Of a DNA stretch of 64,000 nt, positions 46,330-59,713 are shown in pieces. Below the pieces are notes generated by a model. It was not told where the DNA came from. It saw nothing but the letters and a program-made list of their open reading frames with translations, and searched no databases. The stretch is from the NCBI GenBank assembly GCA_964016885.1, contig OZ024741.1, positions 189,720,001 through 189,784,000 on the forward strand, in the 5' to 3' direction. Both the position numbers and the translations under genes were made by a program. How positions within the stretch are numbered: the stretch's first letter is position 1; each line of letters starts with the position of its first letter. The stretch is from Eledone cirrhosa. Taxonomy: Eukaryota.

Positions 46330-47060
46330 AATCTATCCAGCGATTCTCTCCTGAAACATTCTGACCACATCTCCATTGTATCAGAGCTATGATCTCTTAA
46401 TTCAGAGAAGTAGTGGATCTACATGAAGTGACTCCTTGATCTCCGAGCTACACACTCTATGAAGTAACTCTACCCCAAAGACCCTTTAGAGGAACTCTAT
46501 TTTCGTCGCTTGTATTCGCGATTGTATTCTTTTGAAGATAGCAAGTTTGGCTTTTACACCTACTTCCCTTCTGATGACTGAATGATGAAGTTGGGACATT
46601 ACTGTACCAGCTCCTACACAGGCCAGTCTTGATATTACTTCCAACCTGGTTGTGTATGTCAATCCTGTTCATGAAGATTATGAACAGGAGCAGTAACTGT
46701 ACAGACCCACCCTTGGTAGAGTCCGACATCCACATTGAATGGTTTCAACCTAGCACCATTTATCCAAATACTAGAGCATTCATGTAAAGATATCAGGGCA
46801 ACAAGAAGCTGTCTATCGATCCTATACCCTTGCAGAACCTTCCACAACAGGTCCCATGGAATGTGGCCATATGTCTTTTCAAGGTCTATGAAATAAGCTA
46901 ACTTTTCTTGGCAATACTCCCATGATTTCTCAGACTTGCCTCAGTGGGAATATTTGATCAAATGTTCTACATCTTGGGTGAAAACCACACTGTTCGTCAG
47001 CCATCTTGGACTCAACTACATCCCTATGCCAGACACTTAGCATAGACTTTATCAGGGAGG
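46330..47060 (-). pseudogene. Decayed RTE-like reverse transcriptase fragments
   Basis: DLEKTYGHIPWDLLWKVLQGYRID...INGARLKPFNVDVGLYQG; QCGF-like motif upstream. Confidence 0.7.
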
Positions 47061-47219
47061 CTTTATATTTGTTCACTGGTCATTTAAATCATAATGTTTA
47101 AAACCATACTGGAGCAACATCATATTTATTTACTATTCATTTTAACCATCAGGGTTAAGACAATACCAGAACAATCTACCATCAGTAACACCAATATAGA
47201 TAGTAAATTAGTCATGACT

Positions 47220-48335
47220 TTAGTAGATAATGAATCACCACTGGTAAGTAATCAATCACCACTGGTAGGTAATCAATCACTACTGAAAGGTAATCAATCA
47301 CCACTGGTAGGTAATCAATCACTACTGATAGGTAATCAATCACCTCTGGTAGGTAATCAATCACTACTATTAGGTAATCAATCACCTCTGGTAGGTAATC
47401 AATCACTACTGTTAGGTATTCAGTCACCACTGGTAGGTAATCAATCACCACTGGTAGGTAATCAATCACCACTGGTAGGTAATCAATCACTACTGGTAGG
47501 TAATCAATCACCACTGGTAGGTAATCAATCACCTTTGGTAGGTAATCAATCACCACTTGTAGGTAATCAATCACTACTATTAGGTAATCAATCACCACTG
47601 GTAGGTAATCAATCACCTTTGGTAGGTAATCAATCACTACTGGTAGGTAATCAATCACCACTTGTAGGTAATCAATCACTGCTATTAGGTAATCAATCAC
47701 CACTGGTAGGTAATCAATCACCTTTGGTAGGTAATCAATCACTACTGGTAGGTAATCAATCACCTCTGGTAGGTAATCAATCACCACTGGTAGGTAATCA
47801 ATCACCTTTGGTAGGTAATCAATCACCACTGGTAGGTAATCAATCACCACTTGTAGGTAATCAATCACTACTATTAGGTAATCAATCACCACTGGTAGGT
47901 AATCAATCACGTTTGGTAGGTAATCAATCACTACTGGTAGGTAATCAATCACCACTTGTAGGTAATCAATCACTACTATTAGGTAATCAATCACCACTGG
48001 TAGGTAATCAATCACCTTTGGTAGGTAATCAATCACTACTGGTAGGTAATCAATCACCTCTGGTAGGTAATCAATCACCACTGGTAGGTAATCAATCACC
48101 TTTGGTAGGTAATCAATCACCACTGGTAGGTAATCAATACTACTATTAGGTAATCAATCACCTTTGGAAGGTAATCAATCACCACTGGTAAGTAATCAAT
48201 CACCACTTGTAGGTAATCAATCACCACTTGTAGGTAATCAATCACCACTGGTAGGTAATCAATCACCTTTGGAAGGTAATCAGTCACCACTTGTAGTCAA
48301 TCAGTCACCATTCTGGTAATCAATCAATCAATCAT
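47220..48335. repeat. 21-bp minisatellite (ggtaatcaatcaccactggta), about 52 units, open in-frame on both strands
   Basis: Direct reading; ORFs 47094-48149 (+, GNQSPLV) and 47212-48123 (-, VIDYLPV). Confidence 0.95.
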
Positions 48336-48898
48336 CTATGGTAGCCAATTAATCAATCATTACTCTGGTGCTGTGAAACCCTGTCATTTTCTTCATGAAA
48401 ACCTTAAGATGTTAGTCCAAGGTATATAAGCCAACAGCTGTAGAGGTTTGATAAATGTATCAGTGTCATTCAGTGCAATAGCCTTCTTTTAGATATATGA
48501 CTATGATGACTGAATGTGTGTATTAGTAACATGGTGCCAGATATGTGCTTGTAATGGATGAGTAAATATTTGTGTATCAGCCTAATGGCCTACTTTTAGA
48601 TGGAGTGTAGAATTGCTGTTGAGAGTGATTGGGCTGGCAGGTGGCTGGGTGGTGAATATTTGCTAATCAGTCAGATGGTCTTTTTGATGGGGTGAGATCT
48701 AGCTTATTTCTGTGTGCGTGTGTGTGTGTGTGTGTGGTGCGTGTGTGTGTGTGTGTAACATGGCTCTAGATATGTGGACCAGTAGTTGTGATATGTTGGT
48801 AATTGTATCTTTACCGATCACTAGAAATGTGTTCTAATGGCCTATGATGCAGCGTTGGATATTCATGTGTTTATAGCTGTAGCACCACCAGCAGTGGC

Positions 48899-48929
<31 letters not shown>

Positions 48930-50736
48930 CTAGCAATAGCACCACCACCACCAATATGAAAATCATTTTTTTAAAGAAATGATGACAATAAATAAAAATT
49001 ATAAAATTAATAAGCAAATAAACAAATAATTAAATAAATAAATTAGCAAATAATAGTATCAATAAGGAAAAATAGATAAATACAAAAAAAAATTTTAATG
49101 TCTTTAAAAAAATTCTGGTTGAAAAGATGACTGCAGACTGATGATGAAGAAGATAAAGAATGACAGTTAAAAATGTTACAGATTCACAAAATAAGACAGG
49201 AAAGTGGTTGGGAGAGGAGACAGTAGCAGGAAGTCAGAGAAAAATCTGCTGCTAGATTCTGAATTAATGACATGAAGACACCGGATATAATATGAAATTT
49301 AATACCAAAATACAAACAAAGAATTAAAATAAACCAATGTCTTGCTGGAAAAACAGATTAAATGATACAGTGATAATTTCCCCACCCCTGCCACCTCAAC
49401 CACGCACACACAAGCACACTAATGGATCTTGTGTTGGTTTTCCACAATGACTATTTCAATTGTTTAATCAACTGAACTACTTGCTCAGTGTATTAATATG
49501 TAAGTGGTTGAGTATTCCACAGACACTTCTTGTACACTTAACTTAATAGTCAGACAGAATCAGTGTGACATAGTGTGATAAGGCTGGACCTTTAAATTAC
49601 TGGTAAAGTCCGTCTTTGTATTAACCCTTTAGCATTTACATTACTCTATATTTACTATTGTATTTTCATGGTAAAGGCTTTATCTTACATAATTATCTCA
49701 CATAATATCAAATCTATGAACAAAACCTTAACATCAGTATGAGTGGCCAGTTGGACAGAAAGAGGTGAGAGAATTCTGGCCAGATATGGCCGGTTTAACC
49801 CCTTTAGCATTTACATTACTCTATATTACTATTATCATAGTAAAGGCTTTACTTTACATAATCTCACATAATATTGAATCTATGAGATTTTGATGTTAAT
49901 CATTTTGAGAACAATACCTTAATATCAGTATCAGTGGTCGGTTATAGCTGGTTTGAACTGAAAGGGGTGAGAGAATTCTGGCTGGATGCAGTCAGTTTAA
50001 ATGCTAAAGGGTTAAAGTCTGTATTTGTAATCCTCAGATTACCCATGATAATCAAAGACGGATCATACATCTGAAGATGTTTCTTTCATCACTCTCTGAT
50101 GATAGCTTATCTGACTTTAATAGAAAGAGGCACCCATGACATGTGCCATGCTTGACATACCCAAGATACACCTTTGGTCAGCAGTATATCAACTTCTGCA
50201 TTCAATCAAGGGTTAATGATGGGAAATAAAGTGGCAACATTTTCAGGGAGACCCCAGGTGTTGACAAAGATCAGCTGAACAACCAATTTCAGAGACCTTT
50301 CAATTCACAAACAAGAAAAATTCCTGACCTGACAATACTACAGTAGGACACAATTTGGTATAAACTTTACCGGTGGGATAATACTATCAGCTGGGACTGT
50401 TCAAGATGCTTGAAGGGTAACAAAACCATTCTGAACAAAATTGTGTAATGTCCAATCAGTATTGATTTGTGGAGTTATATCAAACAGCTGTTGTTACATG
50501 TAGGACAAACATGTTTCTCTTCAGTATTTCCCTCATTGAAAAGAAAGAGGAAGGTGGAAAGGAAGTCACTATTCTCAAGTGAATTTGCTCAGACGTGAGT
50601 GTCATTGATGAATGAGCATAACCTGAGTGAATGGGCATAATCTCAGTATGTTCTTGTAGACGAGGGAATGACAGGATAAGGCACTTAGCCGTGGTAGTTG
50701 GAGTAACTTTGACTCTAGTTAGCAGTGCCCCTATTG

Positions 50737-51041
50737 CAGAGGTTCTCAAAGTGGGTGCCACTGCCTCCAGGGAGTGTTGAGAAGGTTCAGGGGACAGTAG
50801 AGATGATATAATACCATATTAAATATCAAATGATACATATTATATATAAATATAGTAAAATATAAAATATTTATTTATACATAGTATATATTATATTATT
50901 TATTATATATATATTAACGATTTTATTTATTATATATTATTTACAATTTGCGTGTAGGCAGGTCTCTCTGGAAATAGGTTTGGGGACGCTGAGGGTATTA
51001 CATGACCATGCGGGGGGGGGGGGGACGTTTGAGAACCTCTG
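50737..51041. mobile_element. hAT-type MITE
   Basis: 14-bp perfect TIR cagaggttctcaaa / tttgagaacctctg; 8-bp flanks ccctattg / ctccattg (6/8). Confidence 0.78.
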
Positions 51042-52699
51042 CTCCATTGGAACAACTAACTTCATACCTTTTCCATTCTTTTGTTTTACATATCTATTTT
51101 TTTTATAATCAATTTTAAGAAAATCCCCACCTTTTATGTAATTCATTTTTTTGAAATATCCTCCTATCTGTTGCCTTTGTGGCAAATATAAGAAATCTTA
51201 TTTGCGAAGTCATTGAATTGCCAGAATTGTTTGGGCATTAGAAAAAATATTTTGATGTGTTTTTTCTGGTTGTTTATATTCTGAATGTAAATCCTGCCAA
51301 TATCAACTTTGTCTTTCATCCATTTGGGATTGATAAAATATAGTGCCAGTCAAGAACAGGAGTTGATTTTATTGACTAACTCATCAAAAATTCCAGGCTT
51401 TGTGCCTATATTAGAAATTAAAATGGCCAGCAATTTAGAGGAAGAGAATGTCAATTATATCAACTCCAGTACTTGACTGGTACTTTATTTTATTGACCTT
51501 GGAAGGATGAAAGGCAAAGTTGACCTCAGTGGGATTTGAACTCAGAATGTAAACAACCAGAACAAATACTGCTAAGCATTTGTCTGGTGCTCTAAGAGGT
51601 TTTTTTCTTCTTTTTTTATGATTTCCTACCATTATATGAAGAGTGGATTGGCAGTATCGGTAGAAGGTCGGACGCCATGCTTTCCAGCATAGTTACGTCC
51701 CTTTACGATCTGAGTTCAAATCCCGCCGAGGTTGACTTTGCCTTTCATCCTTACGGGGTCGATAAAATAAAGTACCAGTAATGCACTGGGTAATTTGCTG
51801 GCCTTGTGCCTAAAGTAGAAACAATTATATGAAGACATTTAAAGTAAGAATTATCTGCCATCTTAACCAACTGTTAAATTCCATAATTTGTATATTTTGT
51901 TGTTGTTGTTGTTTTAGGAGTGCTGATCGTGGTGGTGGTTGGTGGGGTGTAGCCTTTTTCTCTTGGGATTCTAATCAACATTTAATCCTAATCTCCATCA
52001 GAAATAGATTACATAAACATCTGTTAGCATCTGCTTTATTTGGTATTCAACATCTGGTGTTCAACTTTAATCCTGGATTCTGATCTCCACCCTGACTTCC
52101 ACCATCACTTCCCTCAACTTAAATGAGGGAGCTGCTATGTGGTTGTTCGGCATGCTGGAAATAACAGCAAAACTGACTTCAAATTACACCCTGCCATCTT
52201 AAAAGAAGGATATATTGCATAATGGGGTCTTGGATTCTCTGCACATAAGAAAAAGACCATCCTGGTGTGCTTTTGATCATAGGTCTGCTCAATCGAAAAT
52301 TACCTGGGACTAAACAACAACTTCCACAACCACTACAACAACAACTGTAGACTAGACAACGTGGGTGTCTATGTGGTTACTCGATCTTCTAGACATAGCA
52401 ACCAAATCCCCTTCAAATAACACCATGTAGTGTAAAAAATAGGAAATACACATTGGATTATATGGTTCTAGGTATACTCTGCCCAAATAAAAGATGGGAA
52501 AGTCATGGAGGAAAATGTTTTATTATAATTTCTGCTTGATTAAAGCTGATACCAAATGGGAGAGCTTATACATGGTCACATGACCTACTTGATATTGTTT
52601 TCTCCATCTGTCATGAACCTTTGATTATTTTGTTTCTCTCCCACCACATATTATTCAGTTGAGATCATTCTAAAGTGGGAGAGTGAGTTAACTGACAAT

Positions 52700-53178
52700 T
52701 AACCTTTTCGATACCAAACCAGCTGGAACTGCTCCTGGTTGTATGATACTAAACTATGTTTTAAGGTGTTTATATTTATCTAGAAACTTTCCGCCGTAAT
52801 TTTATGTAAAAACTCCAAATACCAACTTAATAATTCTTTTTAAGATTGGCCATGTACAAGCCCTCTCATTTGGTATCAGCTTTAATCAATTTGGGGCAAA
52901 GGGGAAAGTCGATTCTATCAACCCCAGTACTTTACTCATACTTTATTTCATTGATCACAGAAGGATAAAAGGTGAACTTGAACGTAGGACATAGAATGTT
53001 GTAATTAAATGCCACAAAGTAATTGATCTGACGTTCAACTGATACTGCCAATTCTCTGTCCTAAACACCAACTTAATAATGAGAAAGTTTGTTATATTAC
53101 TAAATCTCTCCAAATTCTTGATGATTTTCAAAAGTCATAAACTGTGTCTTTCATTAGAAATATTGTAATGAAAGGGTT
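52700..53178. mobile_element. Older TTAA-type MITE interrupted by a SINE fragment (relatives near 3885-4340, 60770-60922, 62680-62870)
   Basis: ttaaccttttcgatacc...gtaatgaaagggtta termini; shared internal blocks. Confidence 0.5.
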
Positions 53179-54000
53179 AGGTATCCATTTTTTTATCTAC
53201 ATAACTTATCATTCAAAGAATGAAGGGCAGTACCCATGACTTTTTTCAGGGTCTTGTGACTGATGAAAAAAAGAAAGTAATCACTTTATTGGAAACTAGG
53301 CCAAAATGCAACAAAGTGAACCCTACTAAAGATGTTCTAGGAATAGATAATGGTGTTAAACTGGGTGACTGGTTAAATCTACCACAGAAGAACTGAGAAC
53401 AAATATAGCAAGCAATCTCATCCAAAACTCTAGCAATTCCCCCAATCCACTTTATTTTATCAACTTCAAAAGAATGAAAGAAAAAGTTGACCTTTGCAGG
53501 ATTTAAACCCAGTGTACAGTAACCCATAAAAAAATACTAGAAAGCATTTATTCTACCCCATTGATGGCTCCCAAGAACCAAGTGTTGGTTTAAAAATGAG
53601 CAACAGATTATACTCTACCTCCATAGGGCTTCCACACAGATTGTGTCTACCAAATTTCAGTCCTAAGATATAGATCAATGCAAGGCTATGGTAGAAAATA
53701 CTTGCCCAAGGTACAATACAATAGAATCAAACTGGAATTATATAGTTATAAAGCAAACTCGTAACCACACAGCTATGGGTTCATCTAAGAACACAGCACA
53801 GTGATGATGACTAGATTCGAACTACTGAGCTGGTGGCCAGTAAGCCAACATAGCCCCTTCCAACCTCCATGTTAGCAAGGAATCTTTTGAATGTTTTGTA
53901 GATATGAGATAACTTTATCTTCTCTCTCTCCATAAATATACTGATTTTTTTTTTAAATACACTCACACACATACATTTAACGCACAGACTTACATACACC

Positions 54001-54063
<63 letters not shown>

Positions 54064-54580
54064 ACACACACACACACCATATAGAAATACATATGAATAC
54101 CATATACACATAGTATATACACTCACATACTTGCAAATACAATATACATACACACAAGCAACCTTTATACAGATGTATAGAGATACACCATCTGAATTTT
54201 TATTAATTCCATTCATGTAAAGAAGGGGTGGGTATTTTGATAGCTGTGTGTATCTATATGTCTGTGCATGAGCATGTGTGAGTATATGTGTGTGTGTATG
54301 TGTGAGTATATGTGTGTATGTGTGTGTGTGTGTCTGTGTGTATTTATATGTGCACAGCTTCTTGAGAGAATTTTGATATCTGTGCATATGTGTGTGTGAG
54401 TGTATGTATATATGCAAGTATGTGTGTGTACACAGTTATGGAGAGAAAAAGAAACACACACACATATAGAGAAAGAAGGAGCAAGAGAGTGTGAACAAGA
54501 GAGACAGGGACAAAAACTAATGATGATTCCAAGATAAGCAATGGCTGTTTATGTACCTGTATATGTGTCTGTTGTGAGTG

Positions 54581-54631
<51 letters not shown>

Positions 54632-54632
54632 G

Positions 54633-54663
<31 letters not shown>

Positions 54664-54938
54664 GTATATATATGTATATATATATGTATATATATATGTA
54701 TATATATATATGTATATATATGTATATATATATGTATATATATGTATATATATATATGTATATATATGTAAATAGTATTAGTTATACTATTTATGGTTAT
54801 GTAAATACAAAACCTTATGCAGTTATATGTATTTTTTATACAAACCCTAAATAGTGGTAGGCAGTAATGTATTACTACCTTATTACCAGTAAGTTAAGTA
54901 GCTCAATGTAAAAACATCAGATGATTTACAGAGCAGTT

Positions 54939-55647
54939 ATATGAAATATAAGAATCAAAGAACTGTTCAAAACATTATTGTGCTTACAGCTGTTTCCTCC
55001 AAACCGAGGTTTGGATTCTTCGGAGCAATTTATTAATGCATGGACAGTTATATGACCTCCTTTTCAGCCGAGAGACATACTGATACATATTCAAACATTG
55101 TGGGTCAACATTCATTACAGAATTTAGAGTGGCAGTACACATTTCGAGATTACATTTATATTAAGAGGTACAATCAAAAATCATTAATGCTTATAACATT
55201 TCTCCACACACAGACTATATCAATCATATAAAGAATTTGCCACCAGATCTACCAACCTAACACTCTTGTTTACCTACCTAAGTGCCTCTACCACACATAT
55301 CTCTCTGCCACACTATATAAACAAGACGCACATGCGTGCCACACATATAACATTTGCACTATATAACCGCTTATCTTCATGTTGTATTTTAACCTGTATT
55401 TTTGATTTTTGATTGTACCTCTTAATATAAATGTAATCTCGAAATGTGTACTGCCACTCTAAATTCTGTAATGAATGTTGACCCACAATGTTTGAATATG
55501 TATCGGTATGTCTCTCGGCTGAAAAGGAGGTCATATAACTGTCCATGCATTAATAAATTGCTCCGAAGAATCCAAACCTCGGTTTGGAGGAAACAGCTGT
55601 AAGCACAATAATGTTTTGAACAGTTCTTTGATTCTTATATTTCATAT
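54939..55647. repeat. Inverted duplication, 245-bp arms (54939-55183 / 55403-55647), each with a hammerhead motif
   Basis: Arms identical except one visible substitution; flanked by TA-rich tracts. Confidence 0.88.
55559..55605 (+). ncRNA. Minimal type-I hammerhead (CCGAAGA core variant); mirror copy at 54981-55027 -
   Basis: tgct-CCGAAGA-a-tccaaacc-tc-ggtttgga-g-GAAA-cagctg-TA-agca. Confidence 0.72.
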
Positions 55648-55702
55648 TTCATATATTTCATATATGTATATATATATGTATATATATATGTATATATATA
55701 TG

Positions 55703-55776
<74 letters not shown>

Positions 55777-55777
<1 letters not shown>

Positions 55778-56172
55778 GCGACGGCTGGAGAGAAATGAGG
55801 CAAGCATGCTCCGTTGGATGTGCAGTGTAAATGTGCGTGAACGACCCAGCATAAATGTGTTGAGAGAGAAACTGTGTCTGAGAGGGATAGAATGTAGTGT
55901 ACGGGAGAGGAGACTGAGGTGGTATGGACATGTGATGCGCATGGAGGATGACCGATGGGTGAAGAAGTGCCAGGAAATGCCAGTTGAAGGAAGACGTGGT
56001 AGAGGTAGACCACGAAAAACATGGGCGGAGGTGGTGAGAACAGACCTCAGATCATTGAAGCTCACGGTGGAGATGACGAGGGACCGTGACGAGTGGAGAG
56101 ATGCTGTGCTGAATAAGACCCGTCCCACCCTTGCAAGCAGGGAAAAGCGGACGTAAAATGATGATGATGATG
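55777..56172 (+). mobile_element. 5'-truncated RTE LINE 3' end (partner of SINE family B)
   Basis: [15 protein letters not shown]...[12 protein letters not shown]...GRPRKTW...TLASREKRT* then (ATG)n. Confidence 0.9.
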
Positions 56173-56206
<34 letters not shown>

Positions 56207-56449
56207 GTATATATACATATATATATATAGATATATATATATATATATAGGAAAATGTATGACCCCGACGGCAGAGTTCAAGCCGTTTCGACGGCTATTT
56301 CTGGACTCAGTGAGTCAAGAAATATCCATCGAAACGGCTTGAACTCTGCCGTCGGGGTCATACATTTTCCTATTACCCACTCTACTACCCTAAGTATTGA
56401 GTACTCTTGTGCGTTATGGTTCATCTGGTTCCTTACCATAACTCCTTCG

Positions 56450-56512
<63 letters not shown>

Positions 56513-56671
56513 CATCATCATCATCGTTTTAACATCCACTTTCCCTGTGTAAATATATATATACATATATATACAAGGTGTCCCCCAAAAATGTTTACAC
56601 ACCTCAACAGCATTCTAATAAATATTGCCTGTACAGGTAATGAAAGTGTATATACATTTTTGGGGACACCC

Positions 56672-56720
<49 letters not shown>

Positions 56721-56729
<9 letters not shown>

Positions 56730-56913
56730 TATAAGTATTAATAAAATAGATGTTCTTTTGATCAATTACATTTTATTATACATATTTCGGATGTACAACA
56801 GTACGTCCTCATCAGACAAAATTATTTTGTCTGATGAGGACGTACTGTTGTACATCCGAAATATGTAATTGATCAAAAGAACATCTATTTTATTAATACT
56901 TATATTTTAATAT
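56721..56913. repeat. Palindrome of two head-to-head hammerheads
   Basis: Centre at 56823; the right arm lacks 12 nt relative to the left. Confidence 0.85.
56771..56821 (-). ncRNA. Minimal type-I hammerhead ribozyme with canonical core
   Basis: ttttgt-CTGATGA-ggacgtac-tgtt-gtacatcc-GAAA-tatgta-TA-ataaaa. Confidence 0.8.
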
Positions 56914-57369
56914 TAATAACTCCTGAAAATTATTTTTATCCGTTGAGTGCTTCCAATCTATTGTAAAACTCATTCTTTGACATAATCATCGAATATTGTT
57001 TAACAACTTAATATATATATATATATGGAGGCACATGGCTTAGTGGTTAGAGCATTGGCCTTGCAATCGAAAGGTTGTGAGTTCAATTCTCAGACCGGGT
57101 GATGTGTTGTTTCCTTGAGCAAGACACTTTATTTCACATTGCTCCAGTTTACTCAGCTGTATAAATGAGATGATAGGGACTGGGGCCCATATCATTCCAC
57201 TGCAAAGTGGTCGTGGAGGTGCCATGGGAAAAAAAGCACCCAGCACTCACTGTAAATGAGGTTGGTGTTAGGAAGGGCATCCAGCTGTAGAAATCAAGCC
57301 AGAATCAGTTCCTGTCCCACCCTTGCAAGCAGGGAAAAAGCGGACGTAAAATGAAATGAAATGATATAT

Positions 57370-57416
<47 letters not shown>

Positions 57417-58662
57417 GAAGTCTAAAGTCTGTCTTAAGCCAGAAGGCTCATTTGGCTGGTGCTTATCCCTGTTTCATGGCGTGAAGCAACTGAAAGTACA
57501 AAACTCCCCCTTGGACAGGGTGCCAGTCCATCTGCAGGGTTAAACCCCCAGCTATTACTGGTACTCATTTTCAGCTGAGTATACTGGAGCAATGTGAAAT
57601 AAAGTGTTTTGCTCAAGAACACAACACGCAACCCAGGTATCGAACCCACAACATTATGATCATAAGTCCAACACCCTTACCACTAGGCCACGTGCCTCCA
57701 CACATATATATACATACCGTTTCTTTTATACCTGTATATGTACATGTGTGTATAGAGGTATACATATGTATGTATATATGGATGTCTATAATATATATTT
57801 TCTCACCTGCCTATTGAAACAGATAATGTCATTAAAAGAAATATTGAGATATGAGGAATGGCAGAAATAGAGAGTATCTCTGTCTATCGTATTTGCTTGT
57901 CTGTTGACTTGTCTGTCTGACTTTGTGTCTTCAGGGGATCTTTGCAGGATTTTTTGTTTAAAATTATCTTCCATGTTTGAGCAACATCATTTCTAATAAC
58001 AAAACAATACGCACACACTCATGCACACACACACACACACGCACATATATATATATGAATAAAAATAGACCAAGAGATATATATATATGAATAAAAATAG
58101 ACCAAGAGATATCATCATCATCATCATCATCATTTTACGTCCACTTTTCTCTGCTTGCAAGGGTGGGACGGGAACTGATTTTGGCTTGATTTCTACAGCT
58201 GGATGCCCTTCCTAACAACAACCTCATTTACAGTGAGTGCTGGGTGCTTTTTTGCCGTGGCATCTCTACGACCACTTTGCAGTGGAATGATAGGGACCCC
58301 AGTCCTATCATCTCATTTCTACAGCTGAGTAAACTGGAGCAATGTGAAATAAAGTGTCTTGCTCAAGGAAACAACACATTACCCAGTCTGAGAATTGAAC
58401 TCACAACCTTTCGATTGCAAGGCCATATATATATATATATATATATATATGGAATAGTCTGTTTTTCTGTTTTTATATCATAGAAACTTATCTATTGATT
58501 ACATCAAGTAATTTCATTGATTTTTCTCTCCTGAATATTTGGAATAAATAATTAAATAATGAAAAATTTAGAACATTTTACATTTTTTACACAGAAAGCT
58601 ATACAGATATGATAACATTCTATGTAATTTTGTTTCTGGCTAAATTTAAGGAAAATTAATTA

Positions 58663-58758
<96 letters not shown>

Positions 58759-58947
58759 CAATTTCCACTATAGGTTTAGCATTAAACAGTTTGAATATAT
58801 GTGTATGTTTTTAATTGGTCTCAAGCTCTCTGTGTTGAGGCCATGGTAGGGCACACTGCCATCAAGGGTTTTAGTTAATCGTATGGATATTTCATCTGTA
58901 TTACACACACACAGACATACATATATATTTATGTATATGTATAGTGT

Positions 58948-59250
58948 GTGAAGACACATGCCTTAGTGGTTACAGCGTCAGGCTCACAATCCTGATGTTT
59001 TGAGTTTGGTTCTCAGGCCGGGCTTTGCATTGTTTTCTTGAGCAAGACACTTTATTTCCAGTTCACTCAACTGTAGAAATGAGTTGGAACGTCACTGGTG
59101 CCAAGCTGTATTGTCCTTTACCTTTCCCTTGGACAACATCAGCGGCATGGAGAGAGGAGACTAGTATGCATGGGAGACTACTGATCTTCCACAAACAACC
59201 TTGCCTGGACTTGTGCCTTGGAGGGGAACTTTCTAGGTGCAAAGGGTTTT
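58948..59250 (+). mobile_element. tRNA-derived SINE, further family
   Basis: Degenerate A/B boxes, cttgagcaagacactttatttc body, distinct 3' half. Confidence 0.7.
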
Positions 59251-59256
59251 TTTACC

Positions 59257-59295
<39 letters not shown>

Positions 59296-59538
59296 TATAT
59301 ACAAATACATATAGATATTGCCCTGAGTTCAAATCCTGCCAATGTTGACTTCCCCTTTCATTGATAAAATAGATATCAGTTCAGTATTGTAGTCAATTTA
59401 ATCAACTGTTCCCCTACTTTCTAAGAAAGAAAGATATTAATAGTACTGAAACTCCATTGATGGATATTTTGATTGCCAAAAAAGCAAGCACTTCACTTTA
59501 TTTATCCATGTGGAATAAATAAATAGGAAATATATATA

Positions 59539-59713
59539 CAGTGAAATTCCATTATAATGAAATTCACGTGGTATAAAAAAAAATTTGTTGTAAGAAAAAA
59601 TTCTTTATAATGAGATCGACCGAAACAAATCCTGCGTTTGTTTGTTATTACCTCAGGGAATGATAAAAAAAATTCGTTATACTGAAAAATTCGTTATAAC
59701 GAAATTTTACCTG
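59539..59713. mobile_element. pogo/Tigger-like MITE
   Basis: ta-cagtgaaattccattataatgaa ... ttcgttataacgaaattttacctg-ta, with subterminal ttcgttata repeats. Confidence 0.7.

Noticed and set aside
55040-55546. Twin ORFs MDSYMTSFS...
   Set aside because: By-product of the inverted duplication
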